From Octopus sinensis (lineage: Eukaryota), in NCBI RefSeq assembly GCF_006345805.1, contig NC_042998.1, positions 78,244,001 through 78,308,000 of the forward strand: DNA of 64,000 bases, given 5' to 3'. Shown piece after piece: positions 62,181 to 64,000 of the stretch (the first letter of the stretch is position 1; each line of letters begins with the position of its first letter). The position numbers and the translations under genes are program-made. The notes under the pieces were generated by a model. The model was not told where the DNA came from. It made no database searches and was given only the letters and a program-made list of their open reading frames with translations.

Positions 62181-63055
62181 GTTGATGCTAAATGCGAAAG
62201 ACACTGTTACTACCGCGATATTGGGGGTGAGAAATTATGCTGTGAAGAGTGAAGAAAGAATACTATCGTCAGCTAGAGATTCCCGACGAGTCACTGAAAC
62301 AGTAGAATTCAAGAAAGACGGAAGAAAGATAGAGCAAACAGATGGAAAGAAATGGAATTACTTGACCAATTCACGCATCAAACCGAGAATGTTGGAAGTA
62401 AAGAACGCTGACTGGTTAAGCGACGGAAACATGAAACGATTGACTGAAGCGCTAATTATAGCCGCTCAGGGATAAGTCATTACGACAAAAGATTGACAAA
62501 ACTCAGTTAGACCACAAATGTTGAATCTGCAGAAAAAGAGTCCAAAGAATCAATAATCTCTTGAATGAGTGCAGTAAGCTAACACAAAATGAATATAAGT
62601 GCAAGCATGACTGAGAAGGTAAAAGATACATTAAGCTGTTAGCCAAGTGTATGGCTTCAAAATAACTAGTAAGTGGTATGAATACGAACCAGAAGCTGTA
62701 TCACAGAATGAGAATTAGAAGAACTTATAGGACTTCCCTACAAAGAATACCAGAATAATAGAGGAAAAACTAAACAGCGTGAGATCGCAGACTTGGCAAT
62801 TCCCAATACCAAAGAAATCGAAAATAAAAGGAGAAACATGATCAGGGAGCTGAAGAGACGATAGAACACTAAGACAATGATAATTCTTGTTGGTGCATTT
62901 AACACAACACACAAAATGCTACCTAAGTGACTGAAAGACAGAAGAATTGAGACCCGCACTAACGACTTGTAGTAAAGTACCATCCTGTATTCTTCAAGAA
63001 TCCTACGAAAGATTCTTGGGATTTGAGGAGACTTGCTGTCGCCAAATCTCAAGAT
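62180..63055 (+). mobile_element. R4/Dong-clade non-LTR 3' fragment, decayed
   Basis: TEALIIAAQ, KWYEYEPEAVSQNEN, terminal ILRKILGI*GDLLSPNL; abuts (AAT)n. Confidence 0.65.
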
Positions 63056-63209
63056 AACATTTCTGTTAATTAAATTAGCTTCCTAATAATAACGTTGCTA
63101 ATATTAATAATAGTGAAAATAATAACATTAATAACAAGAACAACAACAAACACCAAATCCTAATGAGGAAATTAGAAATCTCTCCTCATATCTAGTTTCA
63201 GTAGAGCCA

Positions 63210-63700
63210 TCAGATATTTTGAGCCGATTCATATTGAATTAAAAGTAAATTCAAAATACTCCAGTTTGCCAAAGGAGCAAGAGGAAATAACGCATCTCTT
63301 CCCTCATACAGATCTCTTAGGCTGGATTACCTCAAAGATCAAGGAATTATTGTGAATAACCAAGGTCTCAATCTAGAGTGGAAAGCACGTGTTAAACATA
63401 AAAATTGTATTTGTAAGAAAATGTGTTCATGGACATTCAGTTTGTTCTCGTTTAAGAACCCATGTAATCGTAATTCTTTTTGTAATCTGCCATTGTCCGA
63501 ACACATGCGCAATATCGTTGTCTGTTATGATCACCCCATATCGAAGGATGTATAACGAGAATTGAAGCTATGCAGAAATCGATCTCTGTAAAAATAAATC
63601 AATGGCAAGGCTAATTTTCAGCAGAGAACACATGAAGGCATTAAACAACAACCGCTCTATTAAACAGAATAGGAATGGTATTATAATTTACACGATATAT
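63210..63700 (+). pseudogene. Ty3/gypsy RT N-terminal fragment
   Basis: EPIHIELK.. and LDYLKDQGII..EW across frames. Confidence 0.35.
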
Positions 63701-64000
63701 GAACTATACTTCGAATGTATTTCAATATATATGCTGTTAAAAAATCACCCATTCCTGGTAATTTTTTGAAGTCATATCTCTTGTGAAATAAGCATCTTGA
63801 TACAGCATAGATGTTGTTGGAAATTTAACAACATCAAAACAAAAGTCTAATGCAAAACATAGATTTCATCACCAACTTGATCATATTTGCTGTGGCTAAT
63901 TACATCAAATATGCTATCGCCCACTTTTCTGTGTGGATATGACAAACTATTAAAGCGCCTTATATTCCTTGCAACGAGAGGTTTTATAATGTAAGATAGA

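Overview
Eukaryotic, AT-rich, microsatellite-dense DNA with no host gene I can support. It is most likely intergenic or intronic octopus (coleoid cephalopod) sequence; this is inferred from the tRNA-derived SINE families and repeat landscape. The main structure is an ~11.8-kb Penelope-like element (PLE; RT plus C-terminal GIY-YIG, Neptune-like) insertion at 3501-15286. It has three near-identical copies: an inverted 5'-truncated copy, a head-to-head direct 5'-truncated copy, and a near full-length tandem copy. Each copy's 3' region (pseudo-LTR) carries a CCAAT/TATA-like promoter followed by a minimal type-I hammerhead ribozyme (HHR) with a non-canonical core (CCGAAGA, U-U at the base of stem II, palindromic stem III). 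Two tandem HHRs bracket the whole ORF and define a ~4.26-kb unit. Further HHR motifs lie outside the big element: an apparently intact pair 527 nt apart at 31.2/31.7 kb and three decayed ones. Also present: Tx1/L1, CR1 and R4/Dong-type LINE relics, Ty3/gypsy fragments, a DD37D (maT) and a DD34D mariner, a mariner-derived MITE family, a 320-bp foldback and many SINEs. One SINE family shares its 3' tail with the CR1 LINE. All calls come from manual reading; repeat boundaries are approximate and no searches or folding programs were run.
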